IMG/VR virus record: IMGVR_UViG_3300017548_000002
Location: 1-53,105 of that record
Origin: a virus
Lineage: Duplodnaviria; Caudoviricetes
DNA: 53,105 bases
Strand: one strand, 5' to 3'
The notes under the pieces are model-generated. The model was not told the DNA's origin and did no database searches. It saw only the letters and a list, made by a program, of their open reading frames with translations. Below are positions 1 to 8,430 of the stretch, piece by piece (position 1 is the first letter of the stretch; the number at the start of each line of letters is the position of its first letter). The translations under genes and the position numbers were made by a program.

Positions 1-806
1 AGATGGGCGGGATTCCCTTGCAGGCAGCATCGATCGAAAAGGCGCTGGCGATGAACGGCGTTGCCGTGGAGGCCAACATCGAGGCGTTTCGCTGGGGCCG
101 GCTCATCGCCGCCGCGCCGGAAAGGATCGCCGGCCTGCTGCCGCGCACGAAGGCACGGCCGAAGGTGGAACCCGCAACCTATGAGGAACTGCGTGCCGAT
201 CTCGCGGCCCGGCTGACAGCCTATCAGAACCGGGCTTACGCAGAGCGTTTCCTTGCCGCGCTAAAGCCTCTGGAACGGGCGGAGGGCGCGGATACGGAGA
301 AGCCCTTGTCCACGCTGGCGGCCCGCTCGCTCTTCAAGGCGATGGCCTACAAGGATGAGTACGAGGTCGCGCGCCTCTATTCGACCCCGGCGTTTCGAGC
401 CCGCCTGGCGGCCGAGTTCCCCGAGCGCGCCGGCTTGCGGCTGCATCTGGCACCGCCGTTCCTTGCGCGCCGCGATCCGCTGACAGGACATCCGCGCAAG
501 ATGGCTTTCGGCGGCTGGATATTCCCGCTTTTCACTGTGCTCGCCCGTTTCAGCCTCCTGCGCGGAACGGTCTTCGACCCGTTCGGGCATACGCAGGAGC
601 GGCACGAGGAAAGGGCGTTCGCGCTGGAAGTCGAAACGCTCATCCGCCGCGTCGCGGAAGGGCTTCATGATGGCAATCGCGCCGCAGCGCGCGCCCTGCT
701 TTCCCTTCCGCTTGAGGTGAAGGGCTACGGCCATGTGAAGGCCGCGAACATGCAACGCTGCCGCCACACGATGGAACGCGACATGGACGCCTTCCTGACA
801 ACATGA
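1..806 (+). CDS. Indolepyruvate ferredoxin oxidoreductase family protein, C-terminal part (5' end outside window)
   Basis: Motifs NGVAVEANIEAFRWGR, MAYKDEYEVARLY, LRGTVFDPFG and VKGYGHVK are typical of the fused IOR family C-terminus. Confidence 0.85.
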   Translation, partial: MGGIPLQAASIEKALAMNGVAVEANIEAFRWGRLIAAAPERIAGLLPRTKARPKVEPATYEELRADLAARLTAYQNRAYAERFLAALKPLERAEGADTEKPLSTLAARSLFKAMAYKDEYEVARLYSTPAFRARLAAEFPERAGLRLHLAPPFLARRDPLTGHPRKMAFGGWIFPLFTVLARFSLLRGTVFDPFGHTQERHEERAFALEVETLIRRVAEGLHDGNRAAARALLSLPLEVKGYGHVKAANMQRCRHTMERDMDAFLTT

Positions 807-883
807 TCCCCGTGTTGACGAGCCTTTGGAGCGCAGGTGACGCTAGGGCCGGTTGATCCGGCAGCCTTGGAAGTGCCGCCTAT

Positions 884-1102
884 TCACCTCGCGCCTAATT
901 CTTCTCGCAGTCGCTTCAGCTTTCTGCTCGGCGGAACTGCGATTACAATGAAGCCGTTCGTGACGAGAACGAAATACCTATCCCACAGCCGCGTATTGCG
1001 GATCATATAAACAGCGTTCTCAGGCGACCGCTGCTCGATGAGCGTGGCCCGTCCGGATCTTATGTCCCGAAGCATCCGGGAGTATTCGCCCGGCCCCAGC
1101 AC
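884..1102 (-). CDS. Small hypothetical protein, possibly a degenerate island gene
   Basis: 72-aa ORF; the frame stays open upstream without an ATG; no recognisable motif. Confidence 0.3.
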   Translation of the reverse strand: MLGPGEYSRMLRDIRSGRATLIEQRSPENAVYMIRNTRLWDRYFVLVTNGFIVIAVPPSRKLKRLREELGAR

Positions 1103-1447
1103 TATGCCGTATCTCGCCAGAAGCTGGCGGTGGAAATGCCAATGTTGCTTCGGGATAGATTTTCCATCCCGATGAGAATCAAAGCCGTCGTCGTTCGGTT
1201 CCGTGTACTATTCCTGGTTGTGGGTGCACGCCCTACAATCACAGGAGTCTGCTATGCCGGCAGGCTAAGTCTGAAGATGATTGGGTCAGGACTTGCTCTG
1301 AAAAATCAGCCGGAACCGCTGGACCCGCTCAAGCGTGGGTGCTGGATCCGAATCCCACGATGCCAAGCGGATCGTCTCAAGCCAGAGCGTTCATTGTCGT
1401 TAAGCGGACGTTCCCAGGCACGGGAACCCGGTCGGCAGGAAAGGTTG

Positions 1448-2624
1448 TTATCGGCCGAATATCCCGCGGATACGCCTGACGTGCGTCTCGCCTTCCTTGC
1501 GGAAGTCCTGCTTCCGAAGCTGCGTAATCTCAGCAATGCGTGCGCCGGTGAACGCGCACAGGAACGGCGACCAGCGTTTCGCTGCTGTGGTTTGCGGATG
1601 CTCCACGGTGGCTGCATTGTCGGTGACCGCCGGAACATGATCGCTGGCAGCGCGCAGAATCACCACCGCCTCATCATCGGTGAAGCCCTTTTCCCGTGAA
1701 CGCTGCTTCTTCGGCACTTCCTGCCGAACCTTTTCAGCAACGTTGGTTTCCAGCTTGTCATTCTCCGTCGCCCATTTCAGCACCGTGCGGACGGATGCCA
1801 GATAGACATGGCTCACGGTCTTGGCCGAAAGGGTCTTCAGGCGGGCATCGCGCCGGTCCATTAGGTTCTGCTTGGTAAGGCGGCGCGCGTCATTGTGGCC
1901 GACGAACTTGACCCAATCGACGAAGTCTGGCGTCCAGCGATTTTCGATTCCCATACCCTTGCCGATCACCTTGCGGCTGGCAACGTAGTCAGTCAGTAGG
2001 CGCTTCAGTTGGACGGGCGGCTTTTCGTCGGCGACGGGTTGCGCGTTCGCAATCATGGGATGTGAAGGCTGGCCGGTGAAGTCGCCTTCATCACGCGCGG
2101 CCACGCGGGACAGGGCCTCATACTCGGATATGCACATGGCGCGCGATGGTTCGCCATTCGTCGCTTCCATACTCCGCCGTGGTGTTGCCGAGCGCCCTGA
2201 ATCGCTCGATTCGGTTCCCGACGTCTTCGGCTAGTTCAGCATCGTCCAACCTGCCGGCCATACCGTCGCGAAGCTTGGCGACCAGCATGTCATCAGTCGA
2301 GCCGTGGGGTGTTGCGCAGTTCTTCATCGAAAGCGAGCCGGGACTGGTAATTCAGAAGCGCCATCTGATCGGGTGCCAGCGGATGGCGGCCCACCGTCAC
2401 CTCACGCGCGCCGGATTCGACTGCACGGCGTTCGCCGAGCGTTATATCATGCTGTAGCAGGGCAACTGCGCCCGGAAGCTTCTTGAGGGCGTCACGGTAA
2501 TTAGGTCCAAGCGGCGTGCGCAGCTCGGTCTTGCCGTCCATGAACGGACGAAGCTCTTTCGGGATGACCCGCCGCGCGAAAAGCGCCCGTCCCGGTTAAG
2601 CAGATTCCGCACCTTGCCGGCCAT
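1448..2624 (-). pseudogene. Fragmented, truncated tyrosine integrase of a decayed island at the tRNA 3' end
   Basis: Four consecutive fragments in different frames (2442-2624, 2293-2541, 2118-2327, 1448-2170). They run from an N-terminal MAGKVRNLLNRDGRF segment to the box I motif AFTGARIAEITQLRKQD; the HxxR/Y region is missing. Confidence 0.85.
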
Positions 2625-2715
2625 GTTCGCGGCCCATTTGTAACGAGTTCTGCAACATCGTTATGGGCAGAGACCCTTACGGGTTAATACTTTCAATGAT
2701 TTCAAAGAGATAAGA

Positions 2716-2794
<79 letters not shown>

Positions 2795-2799
2795 GGCGG

Positions 2800-2828
2800 T
2801 GTTTCCTTGATTTCCGGCCTTTCGTCAA
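2800..2828 (-). promoter_or_regulatory. Putative phage-supplied promoter for tRNA-Thr
   Basis: Minus strand TTGACG-N17-GAAACA, 9 nt upstream of the tRNA 5' end; the -10 is weak. Confidence 0.5.
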
Positions 2829-2937
2829 CACCTAACAATGCAGTTTCGCGCACTATCAAGCAGAACGGTGCAGGAACGTGCATATGGTAGTGGCCCACGG
2901 CTGCACCAATTTGTTCACGCCTCGTTCCATCACCGGA

Positions 2938-3198
2938 TCATTCTTTGCGGGGAGTGAGAGAACTCGCCGCCGTTGCCCGTCTCCGCTCCATCCAGATGCG
3001 GCGCTCGATGGCCGTCTCAGCGGCCTGTGACGCGCACAGGAGATCGACGGCGAATTGCCTTGCTTCTGCCGGCGTAAGCGTGGTGCGGAGATAATCGTAG
3101 TCTGGCGGTCCTTCGACCACGACCCGAAACACGACCATTTCCGGGTTCTCGCTTAGCTCTACGCGTGGCAGGCCAAGGGCGCGTGGATAGCTGGTCAT
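2938..3198 (-). CDS. Phage hypothetical protein
   Basis: 86-aa ORF coupled (ATGA) to the upstream gene. Confidence 0.55.
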   Translation of the reverse strand: MTSYPRALGLPRVELSENPEMVVFRVVVEGPPDYDYLRTTLTPAEARQFAVDLLCASQAAETAIERRIWMERRRATAASSLTPRKE

Positions 3199-4253
3199 TG
3201 GCGCAGCATCCCGAGAACCTGCATGCCAAGATCAACATCCTCGAAGCACTGCACCTTGGTACGCGCGTCAGGTGATGGATCTACGATCATGAGAACGGAC
3301 GATCCGAGCTGCGATTCCGCGAAGCCGTTCCGCAGCGCATAACTGTCCATATATTTGTAGCCACGCAATTGAACCAGCCAGCACGCGTGCCGGCGCTCGG
3401 CTATCTCCAAATGCTCAAGCCCGAAATGATGCGTATGGCCGGTCACGTAGCAATCGGCCAACTCTCCGAGCTTTGCGGAACGTAGCGTTGCATGGAGATT
3501 GTTCCAGATCGAGGAACCCTTGCGCCCGTGCGATGCGTCGATGCGGCATTCCGTTCCAGATGGATGTTTGAGCGTGAACTGTGCGCGCCAGTCGATGACG
3601 GGTATTTTCTTCTCCGCAAGCATGAGGTGGAAGTCAGCGCCCTCGCCCCACACATCATGGTTGCCCAGAATCCAGCACAGCCAGGATGCGCCGCTTTCCA
3701 GCATGAACCACTTCACCAGACGCTTGCCGGTGTGCTTGCTCGTCTCCTGATGGGCGTACAGCCGCTCCAACCGGCCAACCCAGTTGTTGGAGCTGTCGCC
3801 TATGTTGACCGCGTAGACGCCATCCTGCGAGGCATAGGCAAGGTGCTTGCGGATCAGCGGGACGTTACACCCGTCATCGTCGAGGTGCGGATCGCCCACC
3901 AGCAGAATGCCGTATGGCCTCGTCTCATTCACCTTGATTTCAAACCATTGGCGGTCCGCGTTGGCCTTGGCCTTTCGCTCGAATAGTTTCTCCTTGCGGT
4001 TCAGGATTTCGTCTATGGGTTCCTCATCATCGCCGTTGACGACAAAGGCAGGCATTTCGATACGGGGTGCATCGTCGGCGGCAAGGTATCGTATGGACCA
4101 TCCGCTTATCGTGCGGCGCGGCTTGTTCATAAGCCTGGCAATCCGCGTGATGTTCGGTTTTCCCTCCGCGTTCAGATGTTCTGCGGCGAGAGTGCGAAAC
4201 AGTTCGATGTCCGCAGGGTTCGGGGCCTGCGCGCCTGTAAGATTAGCCATCAC
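3195..4253 (-). CDS. Calcineurin-like metallophosphoesterase with N-terminal HTH-like segment
   Basis: Motifs GDPH, IGD, GNHD, SHG, GHTH; N-terminal NITRIARLMNKPRRTI. Confidence 0.8.
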   Translation of the reverse strand: MMANLTGAQAPNPADIELFRTLAAEHLNAEGKPNITRIARLMNKPRRTISGWSIRYLAADDAPRIEMPAFVVNGDDEEPIDEILNRKEKLFERKAKANADRQWFEIKVNETRPYGILLVGDPHLDDDGCNVPLIRKHLAYASQDGVYAVNIGDSSNNWVGRLERLYAHQETSKHTGKRLVKWFMLESGASWLCWILGNHDVWGEGADFHLMLAEKKIPVIDWRAQFTLKHPSGTECRIDASHGRKGSSIWNNLHATLRSAKLGELADCYVTGHTHHFGLEHLEIAERRHACWLVQLRGYKYMDSYALRNGFAESQLGSSVLMIVDPSPDARTKVQCFEDVDLGMQVLGMLRQ

Positions 4254-4486
4254 GCCACCCTGAACCAGCCGACAATCTTGATGATGGACTCACCGAACAT
4301 GACGATGCCGGCGAGGATGCCAAGCAGGCCGATAATCACCCACTTGACAAATTTGCCCACAATCTGTGTCGCGTTCACGAGGCGCAAACCATCCTTGAGC
4401 AACAGCACGTCCTCCTTGCGGAGATTGGACAGGAATTCCTTGGTTTCATCGGGGAGATCATCGAAGCGGTGGGCCTGCTCTGTCAT
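4250..4486 (-). CDS. Small membrane protein (lysis region)
   Basis: Start re-called at MTEQAHRF with GGAGG RBS; C-terminal TM segment KWVIIGLLGILAGIVMFG. Confidence 0.65.
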   Translation of the reverse strand: MTEQAHRFDDLPDETKEFLSNLRKEDVLLLKDGLRLVNATQIVGKFVKWVIIGLLGILAGIVMFGESIIKIVGWFRVA

Positions 4487-4584
4487 TTCGTCAGCCTCCC
4501 CACGATAATGCCTATGAGGATGCCACTCGCGAAGATGACGAAGCCCGCCATCTGCAAAGTCACGTCGATAGGTAGGGCAATCAT
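4483..4584 (-). CDS. 33-aa single-TM peptide (not in ORF track)
   Basis: MIALPIDVTLQMAGFVIFASGILIGIIVGRLTK; ATGA overlaps with both neighbours. Confidence 0.55.
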   Translation of the reverse strand: MIALPIDVTLQMAGFVIFASGILIGIIVGRLTK

Positions 4585-4859
4585 GGCTGGACCTCGTAGA
4601 ATGCGAGAAGGCGCTTGCCGCACGCGACCTTCTCAGTTTCGGATAGCTTGAGACGGCCAATCAGCTTGAGAGCCTGAGCCTTGGTCATCGGCCCCGGCTT
4701 GGGAGCCGGTACGGTTTGATCGAAGCAGACCAGCAGATCGGGCGGCAAAGGAGGCGGGGGGAAGAAGTCCCTACCGCCAGAGCTTAAGCAACCGCTCAGT
4801 ATCAGCGGGATCGAGGCAGACAGCGCCGCCGCTTTCGCTATTTTCAGCATGGTCATCAA
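4581..4859 (-). CDS. Outer-membrane spanin (Rz1-like lipoprotein)
   Basis: Lipobox LILSGC, Pro-rich mature part, overlaps the 3' end of the i-spanin. Confidence 0.75.
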   Translation of the reverse strand: MMTMLKIAKAAALSASIPLILSGCLSSGGRDFFPPPPLPPDLLVCFDQTVPAPKPGPMTKAQALKLIGRLKLSETEKVACGKRLLAFYEVQP

Positions 4860-5097
4860 GTTCCATCAGGAGGGATTCGAGTTCGACGCGCTTGGCTGCA
4901 TCGGCCTTGGCGCGGATGGCATCGGCCTCGCGCAAGGCGCGCTCGCGCTCGATTGCGGCGGTCAGGGAGGCCAGTTGTTCGGCCTGCGCAGCCAATTCGG
5001 CCTTGTGGGCGGCGTCGATCCTGCCCTTGGCATAGATGACGCCAGCGAAGGCCAGAGCGGCAGCTATGAGCGCCCCGTAGAGGTAGAGGCGGCTCAT
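4771..5097 (-). CDS. Inner-membrane spanin (Rz-like)
   Basis: N-terminal TM, Ala-rich coiled coil, C-terminal Cys; downstream of the endolysin. Confidence 0.75.
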   Translation of the reverse strand: MSRLYLYGALIAAALAFAGVIYAKGRIDAAHKAELAAQAEQLASLTAAIERERALREADAIRAKADAAKRVELESLLMELDDHAENSESGGAVCLDPADTERLLKLWR

Positions 5098-5285
5098 TCG
5101 TCGTAGCTCCCGATGGCGTCGGCAGGAGCCTCACAGGTGGCGATATGGCGCTTCGGACAGGCGGCGTTGAGACATGCGCCTTCGCATCGGGCGCAGGGAT
5201 CGCGCGTAGCAGTTCCGGGGCACGTATCCACGTGCGGGCCGTGGTGCTTCTGGCAGGCCGGGCAGTACCAGGCGGCGCGCGTCAT
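5094..5285 (-). CDS. Small Cys-rich protein
   Basis: MTRAAWYCPACQKHHGPHVDTCPG...CARCEGACLNAAC; coupled to endolysin and spanin. Confidence 0.55.
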   Translation of the reverse strand: MTRAAWYCPACQKHHGPHVDTCPGTATRDPCARCEGACLNAACPKRHIATCEAPADAIGSYDE

Positions 5286-5752
5286 TGCGGCAAATCCGCA
5301 AGGCAAAGCTCGCGCTCCTTCTGGCGGCGCTTGGTGAGGCCGGGAAAGACGATGCCGGCAGCCCGGTTCCATTTGAGCAGCGCATTGCAGCCAGCACGCG
5401 TGTTGCCTGCGTTGATCTGCTTCACGACACTGGAATTGCAGGCCCCCCTGATGCCGACATTGTACGCGAATGACACCAGAGCGACGTAGCGCCGGTCGGG
5501 GAGCGGAACCTTGACGCAACGCTCGATGCCTGCCGCGTAGATCGCAAGGTCTTTGACGAGCAATGCCTTGCATTCCTCAACGGAATATCGGTCGCCGGGC
5601 TTCACGCCTTCCGTGTGGCCGTAGCAGACAGTCCACGGCGGTCCTTTGGTAGCGGGGTCGGGATAGGCCGTCAGACGCAGGCCCTCAAACCCGCCAACCA
5701 CGGCCACCAGCATCGCAGCGACGGCGCTACCCTTCTTGAGCCGGGACGCCAT
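5282..5752 (-). CDS. Endolysin, GH24 lysozyme, SAR-type
   Basis: EGLRLTAYPD...WTVCYGHT catalytic region, SFAYNVG, GLTKRR; N-terminal weakly hydrophobic Ala/Val/Gly segment; start re-called at MASRLKK. Confidence 0.92.
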   Translation of the reverse strand: MASRLKKGSAVAAMLVAVVGGFEGLRLTAYPDPATKGPPWTVCYGHTEGVKPGDRYSVEECKALLVKDLAIYAAGIERCVKVPLPDRRYVALVSFAYNVGIRGACNSSVVKQINAGNTRAGCNALLKWNRAAGIVFPGLTKRRQKERELCLADLPQ

Positions 5753-5958
5753 CACTTCGGCTCCAGATTGGTCTGATCCACCAGACGCGACACGGCGGCA
5801 GCGATCAGGACGATGACGGTCAGCCAGCGGGGCAGATAGTCCCCGATGAACGGAATGAGGGATTCGACAAGCTGGAGCAGGAAGGCGACGGCGATCAGCC
5901 TCATGGACCACGCGCGCGTCAGTACCTCCCACCAGTTGGTGAGAAGGGAAATGGACAT
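5752..5958 (-). CDS. Holin
   Basis: 68 aa, two TM segments, RAWSMRL motif, directly upstream of the lysozyme. Confidence 0.75.
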   Translation of the reverse strand: MSISLLTNWWEVLTRAWSMRLIAVAFLLQLVESLIPFIGDYLPRWLTVIVLIAAAVSRLVDQTNLEPK

Positions 5959-6009
5959 GGGAACTCCTTCCGCCGTCGCCGGCAGATTGGGTTTAGGGTT
6001 GGGCGAATG

Positions 6010-6035
6010 AAAAAGGGCCGCCGAAGCGACCCCTT
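6010..6035 (-). terminator. Intrinsic terminator upstream of the holin
   Basis: Minus strand GGGTCGC-TTCG-GCGGCCC followed by T5. Confidence 0.7.
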
Positions 6036-6065
6036 GGTTGGGACTGTCTTTTCTGATCGATCAGA

Positions 6066-6416
6066 TTAGTCTTGAGATAACTCAGCAGCCTCACGGGCCA
6101 CTTCTTCGCGCGTGGCAAGCGGGAACCGAATCCCCATAAAACCCCACCGATATGGGCTGGTAATGATGCACGCGCCGAATTTCACGTCACCGTTTGCAGG
6201 GGCAGAGCCGTCATCGAAACGAACGGTGAGTAAAACTTCCGAAGTGGCTGCATCAAGATACTGAGTTTTGCCACCCCAATAGCGCCTGACGCAATCTGCG
6301 AGCGTAGACCCGACACCTTCACGAAGAACATAAATATCGGATTCTGCCAATGGTGTGGCATCTAGCCGTGTCGCATTGATTGCATCACTCGCCAGAATAT
6401 GCGCTTTCTCAGCCAA
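6066..6416 (-). CDS. Hypothetical protein (moron)
   Basis: 116-aa ORF in a lower-GC segment, divergent from the methyltransferase. Confidence 0.5.
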   Translation of the reverse strand: MAEKAHILASDAINATRLDATPLAESDIYVLREGVGSTLADCVRRYWGGKTQYLDAATSEVLLTVRFDDGSAPANGDVKFGACIITSPYRWGFMGIRFPLATREEVAREAAELSQD

Positions 6417-6493
6417 CGATTCCGATCCCGTTTTCCACCATCAACGTTAGCAGAATCTATCGCATAATATCCAGAGGACACGGAGAACTCAGT

Positions 6494-7297
6494 TTGACGA
6501 ACAGTGCCGACGCGCCTTTCCGGGCGGCTACCTGCACCATGTGTCGCGGAACGCGACTAGAATCGCTTACCGCCTATGGCTCCGATTTCCGCCAATGCAC
6601 GGAATGCACATTTATCCAGCGCGTGGAAGTGGTCCAAGCCAATGTTGAGGGCCAAGGCTTCACCGCAGGCGTCAACTCTGGGGAACGGGAAATCTTTCTC
6701 GCGAAAGTGTTGAAGAACCATTTTGGCCTAGACGGTCGCCTGCTTCTGTATGGAACCGGGAACAGTCCTGCGCTGCGCACCTTGAGAAAGAGCGGGTTCA
6801 ACGCACGAGGATGCGATCTAAGCTCCGATGTGGTCGAAAGCGGCAAACGCGAGTTCGGAGAGGATGTGTTTCTTCATTACGACGAGCTTCCGAACCGAGG
6901 GATGCGTTTTGACGGCATTGTCGCAGTCGAAGTTATCGAGCATTTCCATGATCCGGCCAGCGAGGCGACACGTCTTGCAAGTGTGATGTCGGATCGCGGA
7001 ATCTTCTGCGGCACCACGAATTTCGTGTTCAACCAGCAGATTGCAGGCGATCCGACTGACTACTTCAAGCTGAAATCGCACGTGGCTCTTTTTACGGATC
7101 GGTCCTTCGCTCGTTTCGCAAAGGAGCAGAACCGAATGGCGGCGACGTTCAAACTGATCAATCCGGGGACAGGATTCCCCGGCGTGTTTAAGCCGCTATT
7201 CCCATCAAAGCGCGTGTTTTTCTCCTACCCTGAAAGGCACGAACCGGCATTCGCGCCCTTGAGAGAGTTCAGCCATTTCCCGATAACGGCTGCCTAG
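6494..7297 (+). CDS. Class I SAM-dependent methyltransferase (moron)
   Basis: N-terminal CxxC...CxxC, LLYGTGN, GCDLS, FDGIVAVEVIEH; TTG start re-called after GGAG; opposite strand to the late operon. Confidence 0.75.
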   Translation: MTNSADAPFRAATCTMCRGTRLESLTAYGSDFRQCTECTFIQRVEVVQANVEGQGFTAGVNSGEREIFLAKVLKNHFGLDGRLLLYGTGNSPALRTLRKSGFNARGCDLSSDVVESGKREFGEDVFLHYDELPNRGMRFDGIVAVEVIEHFHDPASEATRLASVMSDRGIFCGTTNFVFNQQIAGDPTDYFKLKSHVALFTDRSFARFAKEQNRMAATFKLINPGTGFPGVFKPLFPSKRVFFSYPERHEPAFAPLREFSHFPITAA

Positions 7298-8430
7298 GGC
7301 GTCCATCCGCTCCAGGCGGACACGTCGATGATTGTGGATGTCTTGATCGCCAGCGCGGCCAGCTGCGTTTCGTGGACCCCGTCAGTGGTCCAGCCGGGCG
7401 CGTTCCAGATGCCGGAGCCTTCCGACGTTTCCTCGACGGATGCCACGTCGAAGAAATCGTTGAAGCCTGTCAGCCCCGCGCGCACGAGATCGTTGAACGC
7501 CTCGCGGCGCGCATTGTTGAACAGCGTCGTCTGGTTGCCGGTGGTGGCCCATGCGTCGGTCGAGGTCGATCTCGGCGCGACTGTGTACGCGTAGTACCTG
7601 CGGTTCGGCGCGTGCGTCCCTGCGTGCAGCGTGGTGCGGGCTGCCTCGAACAGGGCGGCAAGGTCAGCCGCTTCCGCTGACCCGGTGCCGAGATCGTTGG
7701 TGCCGTAGGCGATATGGACGTGCGAGCAGAGGTCGATCAGCTCCTTTCGCCGCGTGTGGCTGTCCATGAAGCGCGCCAGCTGGTCGCCGCCGCAGCCGAG
7801 GTTGATGTATGCGTCGTTCTCACCGATGGTGCGGGCGAGGATGCCTGTATCGCCGGTCGCGTCCTGCGTGTCGTTTGAGCCGACGGTGCGGCTGTCGCCT
7901 ATCAGCGCATGGGTGGGCCGCTTGGTCAGGCCGACAATGGCACATGGGCCATACTCGTTGGCCGTTGACGGCGCTGCGATGGTCCCGCCATCCACCTTAT
8001 TGATGAGGCTCGTGCCGATCTCGCGACCGTCATCCGCATGGTGGCTGGCCATCACCAGCGACACGACGCCCTGCGTGTTCTGCACGAACGCGCGGGTCCA
8101 GAAGGTTGCCCCTGCCGGGATGTTGACGCTGAACCAGTTGGACCACAGCGTTTCGCCGGAAGGGATCGAGCCGGTCAGGCCGGTCGGGAAAGGCACACGC
8201 GTGAACACGCCCTGCGGATATTCGACCGACGCCTCGATGCTCATGGTCGAGCCGGTGCCGGTCTCGACGCCGGACGAATTGATGTACCAGTTCGGCCAGG
8301 CGAGCCGGATGCGCGACATCGCATCGCGCGCGATATGCATCCGCCTTGCGTTGCACTGTGTTGAGGAAGGCCCTGTCGTATGGTTCGGGACAATTGCCCG
8401 CGTGGCGACAGGGCCTACGAAGGGGGGCTC
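7294..8430 (-). CDS. SGNH/GDSL hydrolase domain, probably frameshift-fused to the upstream tailspike
   Basis: Blocks IGDSRT, NLGCGG, GTND and DGVH; no convincing own start; joins the upstream ORF across a C6 tract. Confidence 0.75.
   Translation of the reverse strand, partial: EPPFVGPVATRAIVPNHTTGPSSTQCNARRMHIARDAMSRIRLAWPNWYINSSGVETGTGSTMSIEASVEYPQGVFTRVPFPTGLTGSIPSGETLWSNWFSVNIPAGATFWTRAFVQNTQGVVSLVMASHHADDGREIGTSLINKVDGGTIAAPSTANEYGPCAIVGLTKRPTHALIGDSRTVGSNDTQDATGDTGILARTIGENDAYINLGCGGDQLARFMDSHTRRKELIDLCSHVHIAYGTNDLGTGSAEAADLAALFEAARTTLHAGTHAPNRRYYAYTVAPRSTSTDAWATTGNQTTLFNNARREAFNDLVRAGLTGFNDFFDVASVEETSEGSGIWNAPGWTTDGVHETQLAALAIKTSTIIDVSAWSGWTP

Noticed and set aside
1130-1699. 189-aa plus-strand ORF
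   Set aside because: Largely antisense to the integrase remnant, with no recognisable features
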